This document shows positions 27,556 through 36,075 of a stretch of 61,106 nt of DNA, in pieces; the stretch's first letter is position 1; each line of letters begins with the position of its first letter. The stretch covers positions 1-61,106 of the IMG/VR virus record IMGVR_UViG_3300027969_000110; one strand, given 5' to 3'. This DNA is from a virus (Duplodnaviria > Caudoviricetes). The translations under genes were made by a program, and so were the position numbers. The notes beneath the pieces were generated by a model. It was not told the origin of the DNA. It saw only the letters and a program-made list of their open reading frames with translations, and did not search any database.

Positions 27556-29043
27556 TTAAACGGTTTCAAGCTTGTTGCGGGTGTCTGCATCAATGCCTTT
27601 AAAAATGCAGGCGTCTTCTACCTCATTCCATGCCCAGCCTGCCTGTAACAGTTTTGCGCCCATCACAGAGGCTCTGGGTGATACCACATGCCGAATCTTG
27701 TGCTTTTCAACTCTGGAACGGATTGTCTGCACCCGTGCAAGCCACAGGGCTGCCTCTCTCTGCATCTGTGCTGCATCTGTGATGGGCTGCACTTTGGCAG
27801 GCTCTGGGGCATTGGCAGGCCGGGGCAGGCCCAGCAATCCTGCCTCAAGTGCGGAGTCTGTGTCCCATGTGAGAACGGCATATCTGTCGAGCACTGCGGC
27901 ATCCTGCTGATTCCTGCCCACATACTGCCTATCGGCCCCTCTGCCGAAAGTGTTACATGCCATGATAAGTCTAAAATTTTCATGGGCATTTATGATGGCA
28001 TCAGGAAAATCACACAAACCATTGGATGCAACGGCATTGATGGGCAGCAAAGCACCCGGCAGGCAGGCGTCTGCCTCATCCTGCAAAAACACAGCCCCAT
28101 GTTCTACTGCATCACGGAAAGGCGTTCTCACTACTCTGCCCTGAGCGTCTGTGAATCCTGTAAGTTTGTAAGGTGAATCAATGGCCCCTGTAAACTTAAA
28201 GTCTAGTTCAAGCAGTTCTGCTGCAAGCTTTACGGCATGTGTTTTGCCTGTGCCAGCAGGGCCAACAAGCATCACGTTCACATTTGCCTGCATTGCAGCG
28301 ATAAGCAGGGGCATCCTGTGATGTGCCAGAACGCCTGCCGCAGTTTTCAGCCCTGCGGGTGTGGTGAGGTTAATGTTAACTGTGGCAGGGCTGCTGCTGT
28401 GCTGCTTAATCAGTGCAATGATACGGGATTCATCAAGTGCAGGGGCCTGCTGGGCCTGCTGCAATGCGCCCTGCAATATGTCCAGTGCTGCCTGCACAGA
28501 GCCTGCAACGGGTGCAGGATGGGGCTGGGGCTGCCATTGGATGGGCTGGGCAGGCTCTGGCACGTTCACAGGCTGCACAGGCTCTGTTGTCACAGGCAAT
28601 GCCCCAGAACGCACAGCCTCTGCCCTGATAACAATGCCCAGTAATGTGGCCCTCTGCTTTTCTGTGGCCCATCCATCCTGCTTAATTGCTATGGTGGAGC
28701 AAATATCATAAAAACGCTCTCTCTCTGCTTGTTGTGCAAAGTCTCTGGCATTTTCCAGACGAATCTTGAGGTCTGCAATAATTGACGGTTCAACTGTTTT
28801 CGGTTTGGGCTGGGCAGAATAATAACCTGAGGGTATCGAGCGCATCGTGTTTCCCTTCTCATTCCCATATTGACTGCAATCAATGCCCAGCATTGATGCC
28901 AGAGATTCCATCAATTCAACTGTGAGCGTTGCGCTGCTTAAGTCATGTTGTGTTTTGAGGGCAGCCCAGCCTGCATGTGAAGTGATAGCAGAGCGCAATG
29001 CTGATTTTCCGGTTTGATCGTAACGATAACGGGTGTTTGCCAT
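27556..29043 (-). CDS. MoxR/CbbQ/CobS-like AAA+ ATPase
   Basis: Walker A GPAGTGKT, Walker B FLQDEAD, HENFRLIMACNT.G.G...YVGR...DAAVLDR, SPR. Confidence 0.9.
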   Translation of the reverse strand: MANTRYRYDQTGKSALRSAITSHAGWAALKTQHDLSSATLTVELMESLASMLGIDCSQYGNEKGNTMRSIPSGYYSAQPKPKTVEPSIIADLKIRLENARDFAQQAERERFYDICSTIAIKQDGWATEKQRATLLGIVIRAEAVRSGALPVTTEPVQPVNVPEPAQPIQWQPQPHPAPVAGSVQAALDILQGALQQAQQAPALDESRIIALIKQHSSSPATVNINLTTPAGLKTAAGVLAHHRMPLLIAAMQANVNVMLVGPAGTGKTHAVKLAAELLELDFKFTGAIDSPYKLTGFTDAQGRVVRTPFRDAVEHGAVFLQDEADACLPGALLPINAVASNGLCDFPDAIINAHENFRLIMACNTFGRGADRQYVGRNQQDAAVLDRYAVLTWDTDSALEAGLLGLPRPANAPEPAKVQPITDAAQMQREAALWLARVQTIRSRVEKHKIRHVVSPRASVMGAKLLQAGWAWNEVEDACIFKGIDADTRNKLETV

Positions 29044-29073
29044 GATACTGATTCCTGTATTGCTGTGGTTGTG

Positions 29074-29277
29074 TTAGGCTGCTTTAATGATGGTTTGGAT
29101 GGTTTGTGCCAGTGCTTTTGCCTCACAGGCTGCCGATTCAAGCAGGGCTGCATTTTCATCTGCATATGTGTTGCGCCATGTGACGGCATTTGCGTCTGCC
29201 AGAATTGCCAGAGCGTCTGCTATCATTTGCTGAAACTCTGCAATGTTTTGCAGCTGTGTGGTTTGTTCCTGTGTCAT
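29074..29277 (-). CDS. Hypothetical early protein
   Basis: 67 aa, AGGA RBS, first gene after promoter. Confidence 0.55.
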   Translation of the reverse strand: MTQEQTTQLQNIAEFQQMIADALAILADANAVTWRNTYADENAALLESAACEAKALAQTIQTIIKAA

Positions 29278-29334
29278 GTAACGTTCCTATACTTGAGCAT
29301 TGCTATAAGCAGGGCACAATGCCCCTGCACAGAA

Positions 29335-29363
29335 AATATGGCATTTTCTTCTATATGTGTCAA
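29335..29363 (-). promoter_or_regulatory. sigma70-like early promoter
   Basis: TTGACA-N17-CATATT on - strand upstream of 29277. Confidence 0.6.
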
Positions 29364-29433
29364 ATGGTCATGTGATGGGCCTGCCGTTATGGTATTATGT
29401 GAACAATATCAAAGGCATGGATGGGGCAGATAC

Positions 29434-30069
29434 ATGGCAGGCAAAGCAGCATCGCGCACAGCCTCTGGCACGTTGAAATCAGAACGATTCACAGGGCAGC
29501 AAATGAACGCTGCTCTAACAGGGGCATTGCCATCATTAAAGGCAGAGAGAGAGAGAAGAGAGGGAGCAGGCAGGAAATACACATATACAAGAGAGAGGTT
29601 TGATAGGGTGCTGGCCCACATGGCAGCAGGAAAGACTCAGAATGAGGCTCTGGCAGTTGAGGGCATTGCGCCCACAACATTCTGGGACTGGACACAGAGA
29701 GCTGATGGGGATGCGGCAGAGGCTGCTTATTGTCGTGCCAGCCTCACGCGCGCAAAGCACATGCTAGCAGATCACACATGGTCTGAGGCTCTTGACGTGC
29801 CCCGGCAGCTTTACGCTCAGGCAATATCGGGTGCTGGCACTGTAGACTCTGCCACAGTGCAGGCTGCCAAACTGCTAACAGACTCTCTGTGGAGATATGC
29901 AGAGCGTTTGCGCCCAGAAGCATATGCCGACAAGCAAAAAGAGCTGCCAGTAATGACGGTTACTAACAATAACTTGACAATATCGGGGCATGATTTGTCA
30001 CCTGAGCAAAGAGGGCAGCTGAGAGAGCTATTGCTAAGCTCAAGCAAAGGCACTGTCATTGATGGGTGA
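29434..30069 (+). CDS. terS: Terminase small subunit (Sf6/P22-like)
   Basis: YT.E.FDRVL..MA.G HTH, TFWDW, Y.RA, VQAAKL..DSL...AERLRPE.Y.DK; upstream of terL. Confidence 0.75.
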   Translation: MAGKAASRTASGTLKSERFTGQQMNAALTGALPSLKAERERREGAGRKYTYTRERFDRVLAHMAAGKTQNEALAVEGIAPTTFWDWTQRADGDAAEAAYCRASLTRAKHMLADHTWSEALDVPRQLYAQAISGAGTVDSATVQAAKLLTDSLWRYAERLRPEAYADKQKELPVMTVTNNNLTISGHDLSPEQRGQLRELLLSSSKGTVIDG

Positions 30070-30237
30070 TGCCATTGCCGTGATACAGTTTCACAGGAAC
30101 TGTTTAGAGCGTCACTGAATAGGGTCTAGCATTGGCAGGTATATGGGTAGCCGGGGCATCAATGTTCGACAAACGGACACTGTTTGTTCCTTTGCCAAAC
30201 GTGCCAATGGACATAGCAAGAACAGATAGCGAACCAA

Positions 30238-30253
30238 TGTTTCACGTGAAACA
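30238..30253. promoter_or_regulatory. parS: parS site 1
   Basis: Perfect palindrome TGTTTCACGTGAAACA, the consensus chromosomal ParB site. Confidence 0.85.
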
Positions 30254-30750
30254 ATAGCTAAGGCCATGTTGCGTCTGGCACGTCAATACAACCCAGAGTT
30301 GAGAGATTGGCAATGGTGGCAAGAAACACGGGGGTAGTACAACCTCAGGTTGCATTAGACTTGAGCATAGCCTTTGCGTGTTGCTATGTTAGTGTTGAGT
30401 GCTTGGCCTTTGCTTTGACACGGATTTGCTAGAGCTTTGCTTTGGCAGGATCGGTTTGGTTCCCAGCCAGAGACCGACCCCACAACCCTTTGGGGAAAGG
30501 CCCCCCGGCCAGTTTAGGTTCCCCGCCTCCCCCTCAAATTTCTCCATATATCCAAATTTCATTACGCCCCCTCAAATCTCCCAAAAACATTGGTTTTTAA
30601 TAGCGCATATACCCCCCAAAATTTTCCCAAAAAATTCCCCCAATCCTTATTGCTCTGCTCAGGTACCTCCCCTACATGCTGTACCCTGACTCTCTATACA
30701 GTGAGGCATTCCCTGCTACCCCAGCATTTAGGGTTACTCGGTCCTATGGA

Positions 30751-30766
30751 TGTTTCACGTGAAACA
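30751..30766. promoter_or_regulatory. parS: parS site 2
   Basis: TGTTTCACGTGAAACA. Confidence 0.85.
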
Positions 30767-30999
30767 CTATGGGGTATGACCGTTACCAGACCCATTCCGG
30801 CACCCCCTGACGCGCCAGCACGGTCAACACTGGCAGGGCAAATGTTTGAGCGAGTGGGGTCTACCCACACCCCCGGTCTACCCGGCGTTTGCCTTAAACT
30901 ACCGCTCAATTGCTGTGGTGGGCTGGGCGAGAGGTCCAGCATCTCAGCTTCTGTTGATCAGACAGGGCCTCACTGGTCTTCCCAGCCACCTATCCGCAT

Positions 31000-31548
31000 T
31001 TAGCATGAAGATGTTTCACGTGAAACACTACGCGCCAGTTCAGCCAAATGCTCTGTGTGCCTTTCGCCGCAATGCTCTTTTAGATCGAGCTTGCGAATGA
31101 AAGGGTGCTTCCCGCTCATTGCGTTGGCATCATCAAACACTGTCACTGGCTCGTACCTGACCGCATGTGGATGCTCAGGCGATGGCACGGGAACCATTTT
31201 CCATACTCCGCGCTGCATCCCAGCAAACCGATCCATTGGGTCAACGGGTATCAACCTATCCGGCATTTGAGTAGGGGAACCCACTATTGGCATAGGTACA
31301 GGTATTGGCTTTGTGTAGACCACTTCCGTTACCTCACGGAATTTGCCCAGCCCAGTATCCCAATGTCGAGAAAACATAAGCGCGTCTTTAGGCGTCCAGA
31401 CAACATGCTCAACAACCTCCAAGTCCCAACCAACGCCCCATACCGTAGCGTATGGCTTGATGATGGACCGTACTGGCATAAGCTTGTCAGCGGCTATGAC
31501 CGCAGGGGCGGCTATCAACCCGCCAAGAATAAATCTGCGTGTGAGCAT
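31000..31548 (-). CDS. Hypothetical protein with twin-arginine-like N-terminus
   Basis: MLTRRFILGGLIAAPAVIAA; GGGGGTG RBS. Confidence 0.55.
   Translation of the reverse strand: MLTRRFILGGLIAAPAVIAADKLMPVRSIIKPYATVWGVGWDLEVVEHVVWTPKDALMFSRHWDTGLGKFREVTEVVYTKPIPVPMPIVGSPTQMPDRLIPVDPMDRFAGMQRGVWKMVPVPSPEHPHAVRYEPVTVFDDANAMSGKHPFIRKLDLKEHCGERHTEHLAELARSVSRETSSC
31012..31027. promoter_or_regulatory. parS: parS site 3
   Basis: TGTTTCACGTGAAACA, overlapping the 3' end of the 31000-31548 ORF (VSRET). Confidence 0.85.
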
Positions 31549-31590
31549 GGAACACCCCCTTCCAACCCAATCACTATAGCAAAATAATCC

Positions 31591-31782
31591 ATGACAAGCT
31601 ATATTCTTTTTAGCAAAGGGGGCCTTATGCTGCGATCACTACAGCCACTGGAACTTGATCCGCTTGACGAGCTTGAGCTTGAAGCTACGCTTGTTGGCAT
31701 GATCCGCAGAGCATATCCGCCCCAGCCTTTGGCGCGTCGTTCCAAAATCTTCAACATAATCAAACGGTTCTTACAGCTATGA
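31591..31782 (+). CDS. Hypothetical protein
   Basis: Short ORF coupled to terL; start uncertain. Confidence 0.35.
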   Translation: MTSYILFSKGGLMLRSLQPLELDPLDELELEATLVGMIRRAYPPQPLARRSKIFNIIKRFLQL

Positions 31783-33500
31783 CAACCCTCAATCTTGACG
31801 GCAAACAAATTGACATTGAGCGCCAGCTTCTTGAACTGGACCGGGCAGACTGTGAAGATAGCCTCTACGAGTTCTTAAAGCACTCATGGAAATACATTGA
31901 CGCCTCCACCTTTACGGAAGGCTGGCCCATTGAAGCGATTGCTGAACATCTTCAAGCAGTTGTCGATGGCGACATCCGCCGCTTGATCATCAACATCCCG
32001 CCCCGCATGGGCAAAAGCTCGATCACATCCTGCGCGTTTCCGGCTTGGACTTGGACCCAACCCGCCAAGTCGCCAACCTCCGGGCCGGGCGTTCAGTTCC
32101 TTCATGCCTCCTATGCCCAGCAGCTTGCCCTGCGTGACAGCGTGAAGTGCCGCCGCCTAATTGAAAGCCCATGGTATCAAAGCATGTGGGGCGACCGGTT
32201 TGCCCTGACATCTGACCAAAACACCAAAACGAGATTTGACAATGATCAGAACGGGTCACGGCTCTCAACCTCAGTCGGGTCCGCTCTTACGGGTGAGGGC
32301 GGGTCTATTATTGTTGTCGATGACCCGAATGCAGCCCAAGAGGCATTCTCAGAAGCTACCATCGCCACAACGATTGACTGGTGGGACTCTGCGCTCTCAA
32401 CCCGCCTTAACGACCCCAAGACTGGCGCGTTTGTCGTTATTCAGCAGAGGCTTAGTGAGGAAGACCTGACCGGCCACATCCTGTCAAAAGACATTGGCGA
32501 GTGGACGCACCTTTGCTTGCCCATGAAATACGAATGGCGCAGACACTCCGTTACGTCTCTGGGATGGGAAGACCCCAGAGGGTTGCTGGAGGACGGCACC
32601 TCTCTCGTTGTGGTAGCCGATGACGGCGAGCGTATGCCCGCCAGCCCAGAAGCCGAGATAGAACTAGAAAAGCGGGAAGACACCCTGCTTTGGCCGGAAC
32701 GGTTTGGCGACCGCGAAGTTACCATTCTGGAAAAGCAGCTTGGCCCGTGGTCAGCAGCCGGTCAGCTTCAACAACGCCCCTCACCCAAAGGCGGTGGCAT
32801 TATCAAACGCGAATGGTGGCAACCGTGGGAGGCCGAGAAGTATCCCGATATGGATTTTATCATTGCCACGCTGGATACCGCCTACACCACAAAGACCGAA
32901 AACGATCCGTCAGCCATGACCGTCTGGGGAATTTTCTCTAAGGATGTCAATGCCATGGCACCAAACCAAGCTGGCCTTCGCGGCGGCGGTCTGGTCAATT
33001 ACTCCCGGTCCTACACGGAAGAGTCACCAAAGGTCATGCTGATGTATGCGTGGCAGGGCCGCTATGAACTGCACGATCTCGTGTCAAAAGTGGCACAAAC
33101 ATGCCGAGACCTAAAGGTTGACCAGCTTCTGATTGAAAATAAAGCCGCAGGACACTCTGTTGCTCAGGAAATTCGGCGGATGTACGGGTACGAGAAGTTT
33201 GGCGTGACCATGTTTGACCCCAAGTCGCAGGATAAGGTGGCCCGTCTCTACTCCGTTCAGCATCTTTTTGCGGAAGGCTTGGTCTACGCGCCACTTAAAC
33301 AGTGGTCAGAGATGGTAATCACTCAAGTCGGCCAGTTCCCCAAAGGCAAACACGACGATTTGGTAGATACCGTGAGCATGGCAATGCGCCATCTGCGCGA
33401 CACCGGGTCAATTTTGCGGTCGGATGAGTGGCGGTCTGAGGTTCAGGATGCCCGTTCCTTTGAAGGGCGCGGAAATTTGTCACCGCTCTATCCATCCTGA
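31779..33500 (+). CDS. terL: Terminase large subunit
   Basis: INIPPRMGKS Walker A, IIVVDDP Walker B, QQR, nuclease motifs DTAY, IENKAAG, HDDLVDT. Confidence 0.95.
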   Translation: MTTLNLDGKQIDIERQLLELDRADCEDSLYEFLKHSWKYIDASTFTEGWPIEAIAEHLQAVVDGDIRRLIINIPPRMGKSSITSCAFPAWTWTQPAKSPTSGPGVQFLHASYAQQLALRDSVKCRRLIESPWYQSMWGDRFALTSDQNTKTRFDNDQNGSRLSTSVGSALTGEGGSIIVVDDPNAAQEAFSEATIATTIDWWDSALSTRLNDPKTGAFVVIQQRLSEEDLTGHILSKDIGEWTHLCLPMKYEWRRHSVTSLGWEDPRGLLEDGTSLVVVADDGERMPASPEAEIELEKREDTLLWPERFGDREVTILEKQLGPWSAAGQLQQRPSPKGGGIIKREWWQPWEAEKYPDMDFIIATLDTAYTTKTENDPSAMTVWGIFSKDVNAMAPNQAGLRGGGLVNYSRSYTEESPKVMLMYAWQGRYELHDLVSKVAQTCRDLKVDQLLIENKAAGHSVAQEIRRMYGYEKFGVTMFDPKSQDKVARLYSVQHLFAEGLVYAPLKQWSEMVITQVGQFPKGKHDDLVDTVSMAMRHLRDTGSILRSDEWRSEVQDARSFEGRGNLSPLYPS

Positions 33501-33541
33501 CGCAGTTAAGCTATTGTTTTGGCTCGTAAAGAGGGGAAATC

Positions 33542-33754
33542 ATGTCTCGCATTCTAGCAAGCGCAGTTGTTGACGCCATTAAGGAGCCAACTCCGTTCAC
33601 CATCGGTAACTTCAAAGTTGAAGTTTGGGGCCAAACGCCCTTTGATTACGTTCGCGTCTATGAAATCTTGGCAAAATCCGATACAGTGGCAGCCCAAGAA
33701 GGCATTCGACGCTTTGTCACCGAAATGGAAAAGCTCGATCTTTCAAAGGAATAG
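33542..33754 (+). CDS. Hypothetical protein
   Basis: 70 aa with strong RBS between terL and portal. Confidence 0.6.
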   Translation: MSRILASAVVDAIKEPTPFTIGNFKVEVWGQTPFDYVRVYEILAKSDTVAAQEGIRRFVTEMEKLDLSKE

Positions 33755-33759
33755 CTCAA

Positions 33760-36075
33760 ATGCCTATGGTTCCCGGTCTTGGTTTGAATGTGCGCCAACC
33801 AGCCCCTGAACAGGAGCCGCTGAGTGTCGATGATGTCATGGTTGAGATCATTGAAGGCAATGATAACAACAAGATAGACGAAAAAGGGAACATTCTGGAG
33901 ATTGAACACCCAGACGGGTCGCTGACAATCTCTTTGGATGGCAAGCCCATTGGCGATAATGCCAAAGAGCGCGACGAAACCGATTGGTTTCGCAATCTTG
34001 TAGAAGATGTAGCCGAAAGCAATCTTGGCAGCATCGCTGAAGAACTGCTTCGTGGCATTCGCGACGATCTTGAGAGCCGGAAAGACTGGATTGAAGACCG
34101 CGCACAGGGCATCAAGCTTCTTGGACTGAAGGTTGAGATACCCGGCTTGCAGGGTTCCGGCGATGGAGCCCCCATTGAGGGCATGTCAAAAGTCCGACAC
34201 CCCCTTTTGCTGGAAGCCGTGCTGCGTTTTCAGGCCAATGCCCGGTCTGAACTGCTTCCCACCGATGGCCCGGTCAAAGTTCGCAACGACAACAACAACG
34301 CCACGCTGCAAAATGACCAGCTTGCCAATGCTCTTGAGAATGATCTCAATCATTATCTGACCGCCACAGCCACCGAGTATTATCCTGACACGGATCGTAT
34401 GCTTCTGATGCTTGGCTTTGGTGGCACGAGCTTCAAGAAGGTCTATTTTTGTCCGTTACGAAATCGTCCCGTGTCAGAAACTGTCGATGCGGACGATTTG
34501 ATTGTCAATAATGCTGCCACAGACCTGTCAAATGCCAAGCGGATCACGCACCGCAGCTATATGAGCCCCAATACCGTTAAGCGCCTTCAGATTTTGGGCG
34601 TTTACCGCGATGTTAGCTTGTCTACGCCTAAAGCTGCCGATCCTGACAGCTTCCAGCGCGAAAAGAACGCCCAGCAGGGCATTTCCATGGACAGCTACAA
34701 CCCGGACGACCGCGACAGGCTCATTTACGAAGTCTATTGCGATCTGGACCTGACCGGCTTTGAGCATAAGCACAAAGGCAAGCAGTCTGGTCTGGAAATT
34801 CCGTACATTGTGACCATTGACGAGTCTTCCAGACAGATTTTGTCAATTGTTCGCAACTACGATGAGGACGATCAGGAGCTTCCGTCCTCCAAGAAGCGGT
34901 TCGTGAAGTACACGTTTGTGCCGGGGCTGGGTTTCTATGACATTGGACTGCTCCACATTCTTGGCAACACGACAAATGCCATTACAGCAGCTTGGAGAGA
35001 GCTTCTGGACGCTGGCATGTACAACAACTTCCCCGGCTTCCTCATGGCAGACACCGGAGCCCGGCAGAACACCAACATTTTCCGCATTCCTCCCGGTGGC
35101 GGCGCGCTGGTAAAGACCAATGGTATGCCGATCTCTCAAGCGATCATGCCGTTGCCTTACAAAGAACCTTCTGGCGCGTTGATGAACTTGGTCACGCAGA
35201 TGGCTGAGACTGGTATGCGTGTTGGTGGCACATCTGAGGTGATGGTCACGGAAGGCAAGCCCGACGCGCCAGTGGGAACCACTCTGGCGATGATCGAGCA
35301 GTCCCAGAAGGTGCTGAACTCCGTTCACAAGCGCCTTCATTCCGCCCAGTCAGAGGAATTTGAGCTTTTGGTACAGTGCTTTAGGGAAAATCCCGAAAGC
35401 TTCTGGCAAAAGCGCCGCAAGCCTGCCTATCCGTGGGACGAGAAGACATTCTTGGACGCGCTAGACAGCTACTTCTTTGTCCCGCAGGCTGACCCCAATA
35501 CCGCCAGCCAATCGCAGAGGCTTATGAAAGTCTTGGCGTTGAAGCAATTGGTTTCTTCCAACCCCACACTGTATGACCCAATTGCGGTCGATACGGCTGC
35601 GCTTCAGGCTCTTGGCTGGTCGAACCCGTCTCAGTTTATGGTGCCTGCGTCCGCGCAGGGCAAGCCGCCGCCAGAATTGCTGAAGATGATGGCTGAAGCT
35701 GAGAACGAGAAGACAATTGCTCAGGCTCGTATGATGGACAGCCAGACCCGCGCCAACGAATCACAAGCCAAACTTGAGCTTGAACGGATGAAACTTGGCA
35801 TGGATCAGAACTTCCAAGATCCCGCCAAAATGGCTGAGTTGCAGCTTCGTCAGGAAGAACTTCAGCAAAAACAACAAGATGCGATGATTGACGCCATCAA
35901 CCGGAAGCGTGACAGGGAAAGCCGTGAGCGCCTGTCTGCGGTCAAGTTGGCAGAGGAACTGATCCGTAACCCGCAGGGTATGGGGGTTGTTGGGAATGTT
36001 CTCGATCAGGGTATGATCGACCGTCTTGAGACCAACGAGCCGACGCTGGACGGCACACAAACCGGAGAACTCTGA
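33760..36075 (+). CDS. Portal protein (P22-like, long C-terminal coiled coil)
   Basis: HPLLLEAVLRFQANARSELLP..GPVK, GTSFKKVY, GFYDIGL, PLPYKEPS, APVGTTLA; follows terL. Confidence 0.9.
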   Translation: MPMVPGLGLNVRQPAPEQEPLSVDDVMVEIIEGNDNNKIDEKGNILEIEHPDGSLTISLDGKPIGDNAKERDETDWFRNLVEDVAESNLGSIAEELLRGIRDDLESRKDWIEDRAQGIKLLGLKVEIPGLQGSGDGAPIEGMSKVRHPLLLEAVLRFQANARSELLPTDGPVKVRNDNNNATLQNDQLANALENDLNHYLTATATEYYPDTDRMLLMLGFGGTSFKKVYFCPLRNRPVSETVDADDLIVNNAATDLSNAKRITHRSYMSPNTVKRLQILGVYRDVSLSTPKAADPDSFQREKNAQQGISMDSYNPDDRDRLIYEVYCDLDLTGFEHKHKGKQSGLEIPYIVTIDESSRQILSIVRNYDEDDQELPSSKKRFVKYTFVPGLGFYDIGLLHILGNTTNAITAAWRELLDAGMYNNFPGFLMADTGARQNTNIFRIPPGGGALVKTNGMPISQAIMPLPYKEPSGALMNLVTQMAETGMRVGGTSEVMVTEGKPDAPVGTTLAMIEQSQKVLNSVHKRLHSAQSEEFELLVQCFRENPESFWQKRRKPAYPWDEKTFLDALDSYFFVPQADPNTASQSQRLMKVLALKQLVSSNPTLYDPIAVDTAALQALGWSNPSQFMVPASAQGKPPPELLKMMAEAENEKTIAQARMMDSQTRANESQAKLELERMKLGMDQNFQDPAKMAELQLRQEELQQKQQDAMIDAINRKRDRESRERLSAVKLAEELIRNPQGMGVVGNVLDQGMIDRLETNEPTLDGTQTGEL

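Noticed and set aside
29014-29433. Cys-rich N-terminal extension of the 351-aa ORF
   Set aside because: Overlaps the antisense 29074-29277 gene and its promoter; TerS similarity starts at ATG 29434.
30086-30102. Possible fourth parS (CAGTTTCACAGGAACTG)
   Set aside because: Only about 10/16 matches; one half-site is poor.
30399-31100. Short ORFs in the parS region
   Set aside because: No clear RBS, low-complexity translations; VSRET/MFHVKH peptides are just translated parS.
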